From contig OX597825.1 of assembly GCA_951406725.2 (NCBI GenBank), positions 34,720,001 through 34,784,000 on the forward strand: 64,000 bases of DNA. The letters run 5' to 3'. This stretch comes from Octopus vulgaris (lineage: Eukaryota). Below, in pieces: positions 1 to 11,144 of this stretch. Every line of letters begins with the position of its first letter. Position 1 is the stretch's first letter. The notes beneath the pieces were generated by a model. It worked only from the letters and a program-made list of their open reading frames with translations, had not been told where the DNA came from and made no database searches. The position numbers and the translations under genes were made by a program.

Positions 1-250
1 CCACATAGTGGGACTGAACCTGAAATCATGTGACTTAGAAGCAAACTTCTTAACCATACAGCCATGTCTATACTTAAAACATGTTCTTGAAATTTTGAAC
101 AATATACGTATATGTGGCCGCAGGCTAAAACATTTTTAAGGATTTAAGGATATGTGTGTACACATAAGTATGTATATATGTACTAGCTTTGATAGAACAT
201 ATGCTAAATATTGAATTGATATAGAGAAGATTATAAGTATTTCTGCATAA

Positions 251-590
251 GGCGCAGGAGTGGCTGTGTGGTAAGTAGCTTGCTTACCAACGATAAGGTT
301 CTGGGTTCAGTCCCACTTTGTGGCACCCTGGGAAGTGTCTTCTACTATAGCCTAGGGCCGACCAAAGCCTTGTGAATGGATTTGGTAGATAGAAACTGAA
401 AGAAGCCCGTTGTAGTATATGTATATATATATGTGTGTGTTTGTCCCCCCCAACATGGTTTGACAACCGATGCTGGTGTGTTTACATCCCCGTAAAAAGA
501 ATAAGTCCTAGGGTTGATTTGCTCGACTAAAGGCAGTGCTCTAGCATGCCCACAGTCAAATAACTGAAACAAGTAAGTAAAGAATGTAAG
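251..590 (+). mobile_element. tRNA-derived SINE (CORE-like family, abundant in window)
   Basis: Box A-like GTGGCTGTGTGG and box B-like GGGTTCAGTCC, then a CORE-like GGCACCCTGGGAAGTGTCTTC and a (GTAA)n tail. Homologous copies at ~1780-2135(+), 23805-24205(-), 53510-53965(-). Confidence 0.8.
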
Positions 591-799
591 GATAATATAA
601 ATTTGTAAATTATTCTACATTTCTTAGTAAGATGTAAGCTTTTATAGAGATCGATAAAATAAGTACCAGACTCCAAACTGGAGCAAGGCAGACAAATTGA
701 CTACAGAGGTATTAAACTGAAAAGCCAAGTAGCAGAGACATGTTTAGCAAATCTAATAAGAGATAACAAACTTAATTAACATGTATTTGAGTCTGTATT

Positions 800-1265
800 A
801 AGATGTGGGATCTCCAGTTCCCTCTTTTTCATGAGGCAATCACAAGAGAAAATTTTTAGGTTGAATAAGCCATTATACCTAGCATTAGCTGATTTGGAGA
901 AGGCTTTGACAGATTTCTGCCTCTGATAGTCTGAAAGTCACTTAGAAAACTGGGGTTAGCGGAATGGTTTGTGAAAGCCATATGCTGGGATACTACCAGC
1001 AAATGAGAGTTAGCAACGAAATCTTTGAGGAATTTAAAGTACGAATGTGTCCATCAAGATTCAGTTCTCTTCCCACGTCTGATTATCAAAGTTCTCCAAG
1101 CTATGACAGGAGAGGTAAAGCCTACCTCTTCCAAGAGTTCCTATATGTTCACAGCCTAGAACACACAGCAAGACCGTCCAAAGAATTAGAACAAATGTTC
1201 CAAATATGCAAGTAGGATCTAGAATAGAGCTCTAAAGGTTAATTTTGTAAAGACGAATGTCATAT
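800..1265 (+). mobile_element. Degenerate RTE-clade LINE RT fragment
   Basis: Translates with frameshifts to QEK..LNKPLYLALADLEKA..., matching the RTE RT copy at 40648-41465. Confidence 0.6.
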
Positions 1266-1547
1266 TAACAGCACCATCATTGTTTTAACGTCCACTTTTC
1301 CATGCTTCTATGGGAAAGACAGAATTTGTTGAGGTGGATTTTCTACAGCCAGATACCCTTCCTATCATCATCAACTCTCACCTGTTTCTTAGCAAGATAT
1401 TTTCCCATGACCAGACATGTTTTCATGGAAGATTGGAAAGGAATGACACTACTTACATGACAGTGATACTCACTTCCAACTGTCATCTAAAGACAAGGCA
1501 AAGAGAATACGTGCAGGCATTGCTGTGTAGTAAAAAGTTTGCTTTTA

Positions 1548-1780
1548 AGGCAGCGAGCTGACAGAAACGTTAGCATGCCGGGCAAAATGCTTAGTGGTAT
1601 TTCATGTGCCATTACGCTCTGAGTTCAAATTCCGCCAAGGTCAACTTTGCCTTTCATCCTTTCGGGGTTGATAAAGTAAGTACCAGTTACACACTGGGGT
1701 CGATGTAATTGACTTAATCCCTTTTGTCTGTCCTTGTTTGTCCCCTCTATGTTTAGCCCCTTGTGGGCAATAAAGAAATA
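1548..1780 (+). mobile_element. tRNA-derived SINE (second family, GGCGAGCTGGCAGAA...GAGTTCAAATTCC...CCTTTCATCCTTTCGGGG)
   Basis: Box A/B head, shared central domain and (AAGAAAT) tail. Copies at 14512-14700(-), 16339-16700(+), 21970-22190(-), 53220-53430, 57330-57540, 58200-58580. Confidence 0.8.
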
Positions 1781-2829
1781 AGAAGTTTGCTTCTCAATCA
1801 CATGGCTCCAGGTTCAGTCCCACTGCATGGCACTGCACCTTGAGCAGGTGTCTTTTACTATAGTCTTGGGTTGACCAAAGCCTTGTGAATGAATTTGGTA
1901 GATGGAAACTGAAAGAAGCTCATTATGTGTATATGTGTGTGTCTTTATGTCTGTGTTTATCCCCCAACACCACTTGACAACTGGTGTTGATGTGTTTACG
2001 CCCTTATAACTTAGCAGTTTAGCAAAAGAAACCAATAAAATAAGTGTCAGACTTTAAAAAAAATCCTAGAGTTGATTCATTCAACTAAAAACTCTTCATG
2101 ACTGCAGTCTAATGATTGAAACAAATAAAAGATAGATGACAAAAGACATGCACACACTCAAACACATACATATAAATATATGACAGGCTTCTTACAGTTT
2201 TCGTCCACCTATTCCACTCACAAGGATTAGATCAACCCAAGGCTACAAAAGACACTTGCCCAAGGTAACACACAGTGGAACTGAACCTGAAACCATGTGG
2301 TTGGAGAGCAAACTTCTTACCACTCAGCTATGTCTGTGTTTACAACCACACTTCAGTTATAAATTCCTTCTAAAAAATTTCACATTTCTTGAACACAAAA
2401 AGCAACATATTCGGATGCTACTACCTTCTTGCACTCTGACAATATGTGGCGTCCATTTCTGGAATCACATGCAACAATCCATGGGAAATAACTCTTTTTT
2501 TTTTTTCAATCTAGAAAATGTAATACTTCAGTTTTCTCTGGTCACCTAATGTTTATATGTACTTCCAGCATAAAACAGGCTATGTACATCCAGCCAGCGT
2601 GTCTGAAGCTTCATCAGTATTGTCTAAGCGCAATAATCTATGTGAAACAGATAGTAATATCTACCCTATCTTCCTCTAATTCCTAGGTAGGCAGCTAGCA
2701 GTTGACCAAACATAATAAGCAACGACATACAAGAAAAGATAACTCTTGTTTTTATATCATATACACAGCTACCCGTCGTGGTGTTGTGTTACAAATATTA
2801 AAGTAACGGTAAGTAAATATTTCTTTACA

Positions 2830-4152
2830 ACTTCAATCGTTTTTCTTCTTCCATCTTGCACACTGACAACCAACACCTTAACAACTATCGTTACAACTCC
2901 ATCGTTAAAATATTGGCGACCTTCCAACTCAAGAACTGCATGCCTTCTCTACCAATTGCTGCATAAATCGTCAGACACACACAAATAAAGTTCTGATGTG
3001 AAGGAGTCATTAGAGTTGTTGAGCAACCCGTGTCCACGAGGGTTCGTGACACTTTCCGTTCACCACGACAATCTATTACTGGCAACGACTGTATACGCGC
3101 TTCTATTCTTTCGATGGGACGGCTACCAGCGCAGTAGTCTCCCTTAGACCCTTTCCTTGAACGCATTCATTAGCGATATGGCCTATTTGCCTGCATCGAT
3201 AGCAAATTACTCTAAACCTGGGGCACCGAAAACATTGTCCTTTGCAGAGTTGCACACGTTCCTTGTTCGACTCCTCTCCGCCGCTCTTTGTTTGACCCCT
3301 TCTCGCTGTTGCAATCGCTGCTGCAGGTGTCGTCTTGCAACACGAGACGATGGCTTTGACCCAAGATATTACCTCTCCCATCGCCATGGAGTGAATATTC
3401 GGCAGCTTTTGCAGTTCGGCCGATACGTGGTCAGGAAATCCTGTCACAAAGGCTAATTTAACCGTTTGTTCCAATGCATCGTCCCAGTATCCCACGAGTC
3501 TAGCCAATCTCCTGATTTTGTTGGCAAACACATCGACCTTTTCACCCGTCCACTTCGCTTTCCCCAGTTGACCATATACCATAAATGGCCCTTCTGTAAA
3601 AGCCTCCATCAGCTGGCCTTCTATTTTTTCTGCACTTAACTGGTCCTTCTCCTTCATTTCCAAGTATAGCGCCAACGCCGATCCATTAAGGTACAACGGT
3701 TTGAAAGTCGCTAGGTCATCTATACCTTAGAGTCTTGCCACCAACTTAATTTTTTGCAGCCAAGCGGTGACGTCTCCCTCGCCGCAAAATGGCCTAACCG
3801 TCTCGTTTGAAACACGGACCATAACCAGTATTTTTTCTTTTTTCTTTTTTTTGAGCCGAAATAGCTTGTGATGTGAAGGAGGAAAAAGACGGAAGTAAAG
3901 AGAGAATTGCGGTAGTTTTACCTGTCGGTCCGGAAAGAGTAGTTCACAACGTCCACGTGCTCTGTCCTTCGCCGTACCGTCTGACACATCTGCTTTCATG
4001 CGCTGCCCGCCGCCAACTGGCTGCTCGCGCCTCGCTGTCTCCGCATGTCCACCGCGGCTCTTCCGGTAGGACCCACAGGCCCCCACCTCCGATAGGATAT
4101 ACCTACTCCCTCTCTTTCGGCCCTTCCCTACAACACAGTCTGGCTCATAACA
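2830..4152 (-). mobile_element. Ty3/Gypsy LTR retrotransposon fragment: 5' LTR, gag and protease, pol truncated
   Basis: Gag begins MVRVSNETVRPFCGEGDVTAWLQKIKLVARL (ATG 3822), has an in-frame stop at 3727-3729 and a CCHC knuckle CYRCRQIGHIANEC. Protease LVDTGCSTTL follows in the -1 frame (2891-3166). No RT or second LTR is visible. Confidence 0.85.
3867..4152 (-). repeat. Putative 5' LTR (~286 bp, TG...CA)
   Basis: Minus strand starts TGTTATGAGCC at 4152 and ends ...CCTTCACATCACA at 3867, just upstream of gag. GC/CpG-rich relative to flanks. Only one copy, so the boundaries are inferred. Confidence 0.6.
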
Positions 4153-5189
4153 CCACAAAACTGAAACTAGAAATTTGGAAAACACCGTGATGTGTATCAG
4201 TATGTATGTGCATGCGTCTACCAATTTCTTTTTTTCCATATTAAATTCCGATATAATTGTATTCTACACTATCTGGAAGATATTTGTAGAAAGTTTCTGA
4301 TAAAACCATCAATTTTTCTGCGAGTAATGAGGAAACAAAGTCGAGTACAGGTACACTTATATAGGCATACCACCAAAACGATAATTGGAGAGATGATGTG
4401 AAAGTGTTTTGGTTTCTATTTCTAACAAGCAGAGCGACTACGTAGAGGTTCCTTCGTTCCTTTATTTGAAACGTAGAAAGCAAAATGGACACTTTATGGT
4501 TTCTATGGTGAATTGTCTGTACTATTGGCAGAAGATGGTGTTGAACAAACATGTCCGGGAACTAAGCTATTGTTACAAGTCAACATATTATGTTGTATTC
4601 ACGGGCTGAATGACAAATATTTGTTATTAAAAGCCCTTTATTTCCTGTCACACACACACGCACACACTCGCACAAACCACAACACTATGCACAACGTACA
4701 TATACATACATAAGTACGTACCTACACATAAATACGTACATAAATACACGCATACATATGTACATACACATGTATATACGCACGTTCCTACATACATACA
4801 TACATACATACATACATACATACATACATACATACATACATAAATACATAACTGGCAATTTCTGTCTGTCGATCTATCTGTTACCATCTACCTACACCAG
4901 TGGACTTATCTTGACGAAACATACATGTTAAACTAACATCCAATTCAATTATAGGCCAATTAAATTTCAATAAAAATTTATAATGAGGCCCCGAGGTGAG
5001 TTGGGGTTATTATTTGATAAAATGAGAAAGGTGCAAAGAGTGTTAGTGTGAGGGAAATGTGGGGGCATAGTGAATGTGGCTGATATCAGGGAAGCGGAGA
5101 ACAGCGTTGTGTAAGTAACAAAAATGGAGTGGCAGTGGGATGCTAGCGTTAATACAGCTGTCATTCACAGATATGCATGCGACACTGCA

Positions 5190-6225
5190 TACATACTTTC
5201 TATCAGCTGCTTCTTGTGCCCCTTTGGCTCTATCATTCCACCATTCCTGTTTAATTTTCCTAAGAGCAGACTGCATTTTCCTTTTCAGCTTTCTGTAAGC
5301 TTCGTTTGAGTTGGGGTTCAAGGACTGAGAAAGAAGTGCATTGCCTAAGTTTTGTTTTTCTAAAAGTAGATCGTGAATTTCTACTGATCTATCTGAGAAC
5401 CATCCACTGGACATATGTGATTTAACCCTTTAGTGATTAAACTGGCCATATCCGGCTGAAGTTTTCTACTTATTTTATGTTTAAACTGACCAGATCAGGG
5501 CTCTCACATCTAACCTACATTGACATTCTAAAAATGAACAATCACGTCGTTGAAACCTATAAGATAATGCATGATTAATTAAAAACAATTTGAGTAAAAA
5601 AATATTACATTTAACAAAGTAATCTGAACACTAAAGGGTTAAACCCCGCTGACGAACTTTTGTTTTGAAATCTTCCCATAGATTGTTTGGGTCAAGATTG
5701 ATATTTTCTATAGCATCGTGAAATCGTTGCAAGTTGCTTGATAATTTAAAGTTGGCAGCATTTAACTTTTTGGGTATCTTAGGACCAGACTGTCGATTTT
5801 TAGGCATTATCGAAAAATCTATTTTCCCACGCACTTGATGATGGTCAGTCCAGCTCTCTGCCCCTCGCATGGTCCGAACGCTAGAAACGTCTTTCATATC
5901 ACGTTCTCTGATCAGAATATAATCTATAAGATGCCAGTGCTTAGATCTTGGGTGCATCCAGGTGGTTTTATATTTATTTTTCTGCTTAAACAGAGTGTTG
6001 GTGACAACCAGGCTATTCCCAGTACAAAACGTCAAAAGAGCTACTCTATCTTTATTGCATTTTCCAATCCCATGTCGGCCTAAAACAGGCCATAAAGCAC
6101 ATTCCTTTTCAACTCTTGCATTGAAATCTCCCAATATAACCAGCTTGTCAGAAATTGGTACTTTCCTCAGTAATTGTGTTAGATCATCATAAAACTGTCC
6201 TGCAGTTTCATCAGTTTTTTTTACA
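5190..6225 (-). mobile_element. RTE-clade LINE endonuclease (APE) remnant, interrupted by a piggyBac-like MITE
   Basis: ORF 5631-6266 has DKLVILGDFNARV and TWMHPRSKHWHLIDYILIR. It continues past the MITE in ORF 5043-5414 (WFSD...KIKQEWWNDRAKGAQEAADRK). Confidence 0.88.
5426..5638. mobile_element. piggyBac-like non-autonomous MITE, family 1
   Basis: TTAA|CCCTTTAGTG...CACTAAAGGG|TTAA: TTAA TSD and CCC/GGG termini. Confidence 0.85.
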
Positions 6226-6241
6226 TACGTACATACATACA

Positions 6242-6272
<31 letters not shown>

Positions 6273-6334
6273 GCCTACTATACACCATTTTAAACTCGTG
6301 ATTACTTCTGTGTACGTTTGTAAATATGTGTGTA

Positions 6335-6384
<50 letters not shown>

Positions 6385-6949
6385 TGTGTGTATGAGACGT
6401 CCTATATCTGTCCCTCTACTTTTGTAGGGTCTTCCCTGTTGCTGTCACATATTGAAAAAAATTTTTTAAATTACGTCAAAATTTTCAAATTTGGTATATT
6501 GAAATAATTTTCCATGTTAAATCTGATTTTGTTATTTATTTGTTCCAAAAGAATTGCAGAAAAATGTAACTGAGATTTAAAGTTTAATCACTTTCGCCTA
6601 ATCAGAAAACAGGATTTGGAAGCTGGCATTTTCTGCATGATAGCTGCTATCACAAAATGAAAGCAAAATCATTACTAGGAGGAATTTTTTATTACGCAAA
6701 CGAAAGCAAAACATTACAACGACCAAAAGTTGTAAGAACTTCTGAAGTTTTAATAAGTTGTAATGAATAAATTCATATTAAACGGTTGAACAGACATGTA
6801 AATAATTCAATCCTCAACGAAGTTCTTTGCGAAAAATTACACAAATCTGTCGGGGAAGGTATGATCTGACATGGAATAAAAAAAAATTTATGTAAGAAAT
6901 TCTATTGTAAAAATTGCCCGGCACCGACGGGATATTCAGCAAGTACTTA

Positions 6950-7585
6950 AATATATACATACATACATGCATACATATGCACACACATACATACATACAT
7001 ACATACATACATACATACATACATACATACATACATACATACATGCATGCATGCATACATACATACATACATACATACTTACATACATAATACATTCATA
7101 CATACCTACATAAATATATACATACATACGTACGTACACATACATATATACGTACGTACACATACATACATATATATACGTACACATACATACAGACATA
7201 CGTACGTACATACATATGTACAAACATACATACCTACATACGTACATACATGCATACATACATACATACGTACGTACATACATATATACATACGTACGTA
7301 CATACTGGCATACATACATACGTACGTACATACAGGCATATATACATACATACATACATACATACATACATACACATACATATATACGTACGTACACATA
7401 CATACTTACATACATACATACATACGTACGTACACATACATATATACGTACGTACACATACATACATACATACATACATACATACATACATACATACGTA
7501 CGTACACATACATATATACGTACGTACACATACATACATATATACATACATACGTACGTGCGTGCGTGCGTGCGTGCGTATGTAC
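6950..7585. repeat. Compound (TACA)n/(TACG)n microsatellite
   Basis: Direct reading; source of the YIHT/MYVC pseudo-ORFs. Smaller blocks at 4700-4850, 6222-6270, 8767-8945. Confidence 0.95.
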
Positions 7586-7589
7586 ATGT

Positions 7590-7900
7590 TGAAATGGCTC
7601 CTAGATACAGAAGCAAAGGTCGCCTGCACCTGAGATTCAAAGATGTATACAATCTTGACATCGAAGCGATTAACATCGGTTTCTCTGTCACCTTGGAAGC
7701 AAACACAGAGAACAGGACTCTATGGAAACATGAAGTGTTATAGATAAACGAAGCTAGCAAGAGATAATTTATGTTTTCTCATTGAAAATCTACTTGAAAA
7801 ATCCTTACAAGAAGCATCGATATTTATATGGTAGAATTGTGACTGAGACTGCTGGTCCAGGATTATACTTCGCTGTTGTTTAAAAAGCTCCTACTCCTCC
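7590..7900 (+). mobile_element. RTE LINE 3' end remnant
   Basis: RSKGRLHLRFKDVYNLDIEAINI...ENRTLWKHEV matches the RTE C-terminal GRP.LRYKD motif. A probable upstream piece (…FYGELS…) lies at ~4300-4560. Confidence 0.6.
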
Positions 7901-8454
7901 ACAGGTACTCTCTATACTCTGCAAGGTAGTCAAATGTCAGCACAATACAGTACAGTTACACTATGTATGTATGTATGTATGTTCGTACGTATGTATATAT
8001 ATATATATATATATTTAAAAAAAGGAGATGTCGAACACGAGTGGTGATATATAAAAAAGGAAATGAAGAAAATGCTGACAAATAATTGAAGTAATTTAAG
8101 TAATTTAATTAGGTGAAAGTTCTTTTTACCGGTTGCGCATTTGTTATGCTTATCAAAATATAAAAGAGAGATTAGAGTTCCTTTCTTATAGAATTTTTCC
8201 TCTTATCTGACTTTATGTTGGGTTTGCTGTCTCTTATATGTGAAAAAAAGAGGCTCCAGAGTTGTTTTGGATTTGCTTGGTTTCGCGCCTAAAATTTTGA
8301 TTGGTCATTATGAAGGGGTCACGTGAATGTTTGAATGGAAGTTGGTGTTGGGGTAAGAAAAAAGGCTCCAGAGAAGTTAAAATTTGGCTAGTGTCCCGCC
8401 TAAAATTTCTTATTGGCCATAATAAAGAGGTCACGTGAATGTTATATATATATA

Positions 8455-9200
8455 TGAAGGCGCATGGCTCAGTGGTTAGAGCGTAGAGCTTACGATCGTG
8501 AGGTTGCGTGTTGTGGTCTTGAGCAAGACACTTTATTTCACGTTGTTCCAATTTACTCAGCTGTAGAAATGAATTGTGATGTCACAGGTGCCACGCTGTA
8601 TCGGCTGTTGCCTTTCCCTTGGATAACACTGGTGGCGTGGAGAGGGGAGACCGGTATGCATGGGCAACTGCTGGTCTTCCAAAAACAACCTTGCCCGGAC
8701 TTGTGCCTAGGAGGGTAGCTTTCTAGGTGCAATACCACGGTCATTCATGACCGAAGGGAGTCTCAAATGTATGTATGTATGTATGTATGTATGTATGTAT
8801 GTATGTACGTACGTACGTATGTACGTACGTATGTACGTACGTATGTACGTACGTATGTATGTATGAATGTCTGTCTGTCTTTATGTATGTATGTATGTAT
8901 AAATGCATGCATGTATGTATGTATGTATGTATGTATGTGTGTGTATGAGGGCGCGTGGCCTAGTGGTTAGAGTGTTGGACTCACCATCGCAAGATAGTGG
9001 TTTCATTTCCTAGACCGGCTGATGTGTTGTGTTCTTGTGCAAAACGTGACACAAAGTGCCCCTGTTCAGACAATGTCGATTTGATGAAGAAAGTGAACTA
9101 ATGTATGGCACATACATTTGATCACTATAAACAATACATTTGTGCAGGTCTTTCGGCAAAAGCTGAACGTTCATTCGTCGTCTTCGACGGGAGAGTCCAC
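8455..9200 (+). mobile_element. Two tRNA-derived SINEs separated by a microsatellite (8455-8762, 8948-9200)
   Basis: Heads GGCGCATGGCTCAGTGGTTAGAGCG and GGCGCGTGGCCTAGTGGTTAGAGTG, with a CTTGAGCAAGACACTT CORE-like segment. Related copies at 34960-35200(-) and 63110-63650(+). Confidence 0.75.
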
Positions 9201-9247
9201 CATGTATGTATGTATGTATGTATGTATGTATGTATGTGTTATGTATA

Positions 9248-9960
9248 CTAGATGTACCCATATCCCGTTGGGTCACAACCACTCCAAATTGAAAATGTCG
9301 ATGCTTGGCAGCAAAGGGAAAAAATACTATTTCGAACCTAATGCAATAAAATTCTTAAATAATACAATTCTCCTGCCTTTGGTGTGACAACATAAACACG
9401 ACCAAGTGTTTCTGCTTTGAATACGTTCAAATGGCCTTCAACTTTTTTCCTCGTTTTGTTCTTTGCTATTTTTGTTACTACTATTCCAAATGAAATACAT
9501 GGGTACTTCATTATAAAGTAATGTTTTTGCAAAGTCATCATTGATGCACAATGAAAAGAATTCGGTTAATGTTATTCTCATATGTCGTTCATTGACAGAC
9601 ATATATATCCTCATCGCTTCTGAGTAATATTTTTTGTCCATCTAGTAGATGAACTTGCAGTCTCGCTATTAAAATGGATGCAAATGTTTCGGATGGTCTA
9701 ATATACCTATCCTTCAGATATTTACTAATTCCGTTATTATTGATTATTTGAACAGCAGGTTGGTCATTTCCTTTCGGCAAGTACTTGATAACGTACATAA
9801 CTGACCTCACTGAGGCAACGATTTCAACGTTGCAGTGGCATCTGAATGCTCTTAAAAGAGTTTCATTATAAGGTACAACTAATTTGCTGTTTTGTTTTTC
9901 CATTCTTATGAGACTCAACTCTTCCCATTGCAACTGATCTTTGTCTATAAAGAGATAATC
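9248..9960 (-). mobile_element. Helitron deletion derivative (RepHel fragments and 3' end)
   Basis: Frameshifted peptides YVIKYLPKGND, RLQVHLLDGQ, TLTEFFSL...LLYNEVPMYFIWN, TLGRVYVVTP...YYLRILLH are typical of Helitron RepHel. The 3' end on the minus strand has a GC hairpin, then CTAG (9248-9251), then T. Confidence 0.85.
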
Positions 9961-10494
9961 TCTTTGTTTCTCTTCTTGGTTAAGATGATAAAGATCATTA
10001 TTTTATTTTAAATAGATTAGTAATTTTCCCTTTTAAGAAAAAAAAAAAATCAACCATGATTAAAAAAAATTCCATAAAAATATTGGGAGAATTTTTATCT
10101 TTCAGTCTACGGCACTCCGAAAGTTGTATAAATAATTAAGGGAAGAAAAAAAAGTAAGTACGAGTTGAAAAATAGGGTCGATGTAATCGACTTACCTCTT
10201 CCCCAATCTTGCTGGCCATGTGCCAAAATTTGAAGCTAATATATCAATACCCATCTGAATCTTTTCTCCCCCTTTCTTTTGTCAACTTTCATTCCACAAT
10301 CAACACTTCTGTACGCATAACTGAGGGTATTCACTGCGTGATACACTTTACAAGGTTCTGAACCCATGATTTTTTTCACCTTAATTGAGTTGGGAGAAAG
10401 ATAATGATATGAGTGTTGAAACTTAAATGTTGATCTCTGGTTGCGTGTCGTTCAATTGCACATCTTTCTCTTTACTGCCAATATCCATATCACA

Positions 10495-10500
<6 letters not shown>

Positions 10501-10582
<82 letters not shown>
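10501..10582. repeat. (CA)n microsatellite
   Basis: Pure CA run of about 40 units. Confidence 0.97.
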
Positions 10583-10584
<2 letters not shown>

Positions 10585-11028
10585 TAAAACGAAACCTATA
10601 TTTTAGCTTTCAGCAATATGTTCAAGTTTTTCATTTTATGGTTAAATCTGGTATATTTTCAGTGTCTCTTTAATGGTTTGAAAAGAAAGAAAAAAAGAAT
10701 GAAAGAAAAAAAGAAAGAAAGATAAAAAGACAGAAACAAACAAACAAACAAAGAGAAGAGAAGATGTCACCCACTTTGCATTACAGTTTTGGAAGACTTG
10801 CTTCTCGTATTATCAGAAACGTGACTTATAAAACTACAGGTAAACAGCGTGTCATTTCGTTCTTTTTTATTTTTAGATATAACACATTACATCGGATGCC
10901 ATTAAATTTGACTATTTTTGTTTATATAATTCTGTAGGTAATAAATAAGAGTTCAGAGAATACAACCATAATAAGATATATATGATAATAAATCTCTGAA
11001 CGAGATATAAACAGTAACTGCTCAACAA

Positions 11029-11144
11029 CGTAAGGGGGTCAGCCATCTGAATGTGGCTAGGGACAGGGCGGGGTGGTGGGGGTGTTACACCCCCACCACC
11101 CCGCCCTGTCCCTAGCCACATTCAGATGGCTGAGCCCCCTTACG
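11029..11144. repeat. 116-bp near-perfect palindrome (1-nt spacer at 11086, single bulged G at 11134)
   Basis: 11029-11085 is the reverse complement of 11087-11144 apart from one extra base. The ORF track shows the same peptide on both strands. Confidence 0.95.

Noticed and set aside
251-330. tRNA genes suggested by box A/B motifs
   Set aside because: These are SINE heads continuing into repeated SINE bodies; no complete cloverleaf.
2585-2625. CTGATGA on the minus strand as another hammerhead
   Set aside because: No GAAA and no adequate stem II or stem I.
2420-2870. Repeated peptide LLPSCTLT in two + strand ORFs
   Set aside because: A short ~20-nt similarity at the decayed end of the Gypsy fragment; no larger repeat or coding support.
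6814-7760. Long ORFs of 130-274 aa (YVCM/HTYI repeats)
   Set aside because: Translations of stop-free TACA/TACG microsatellite. The same applies to other IYIY, CVCV and LSIY ORFs.
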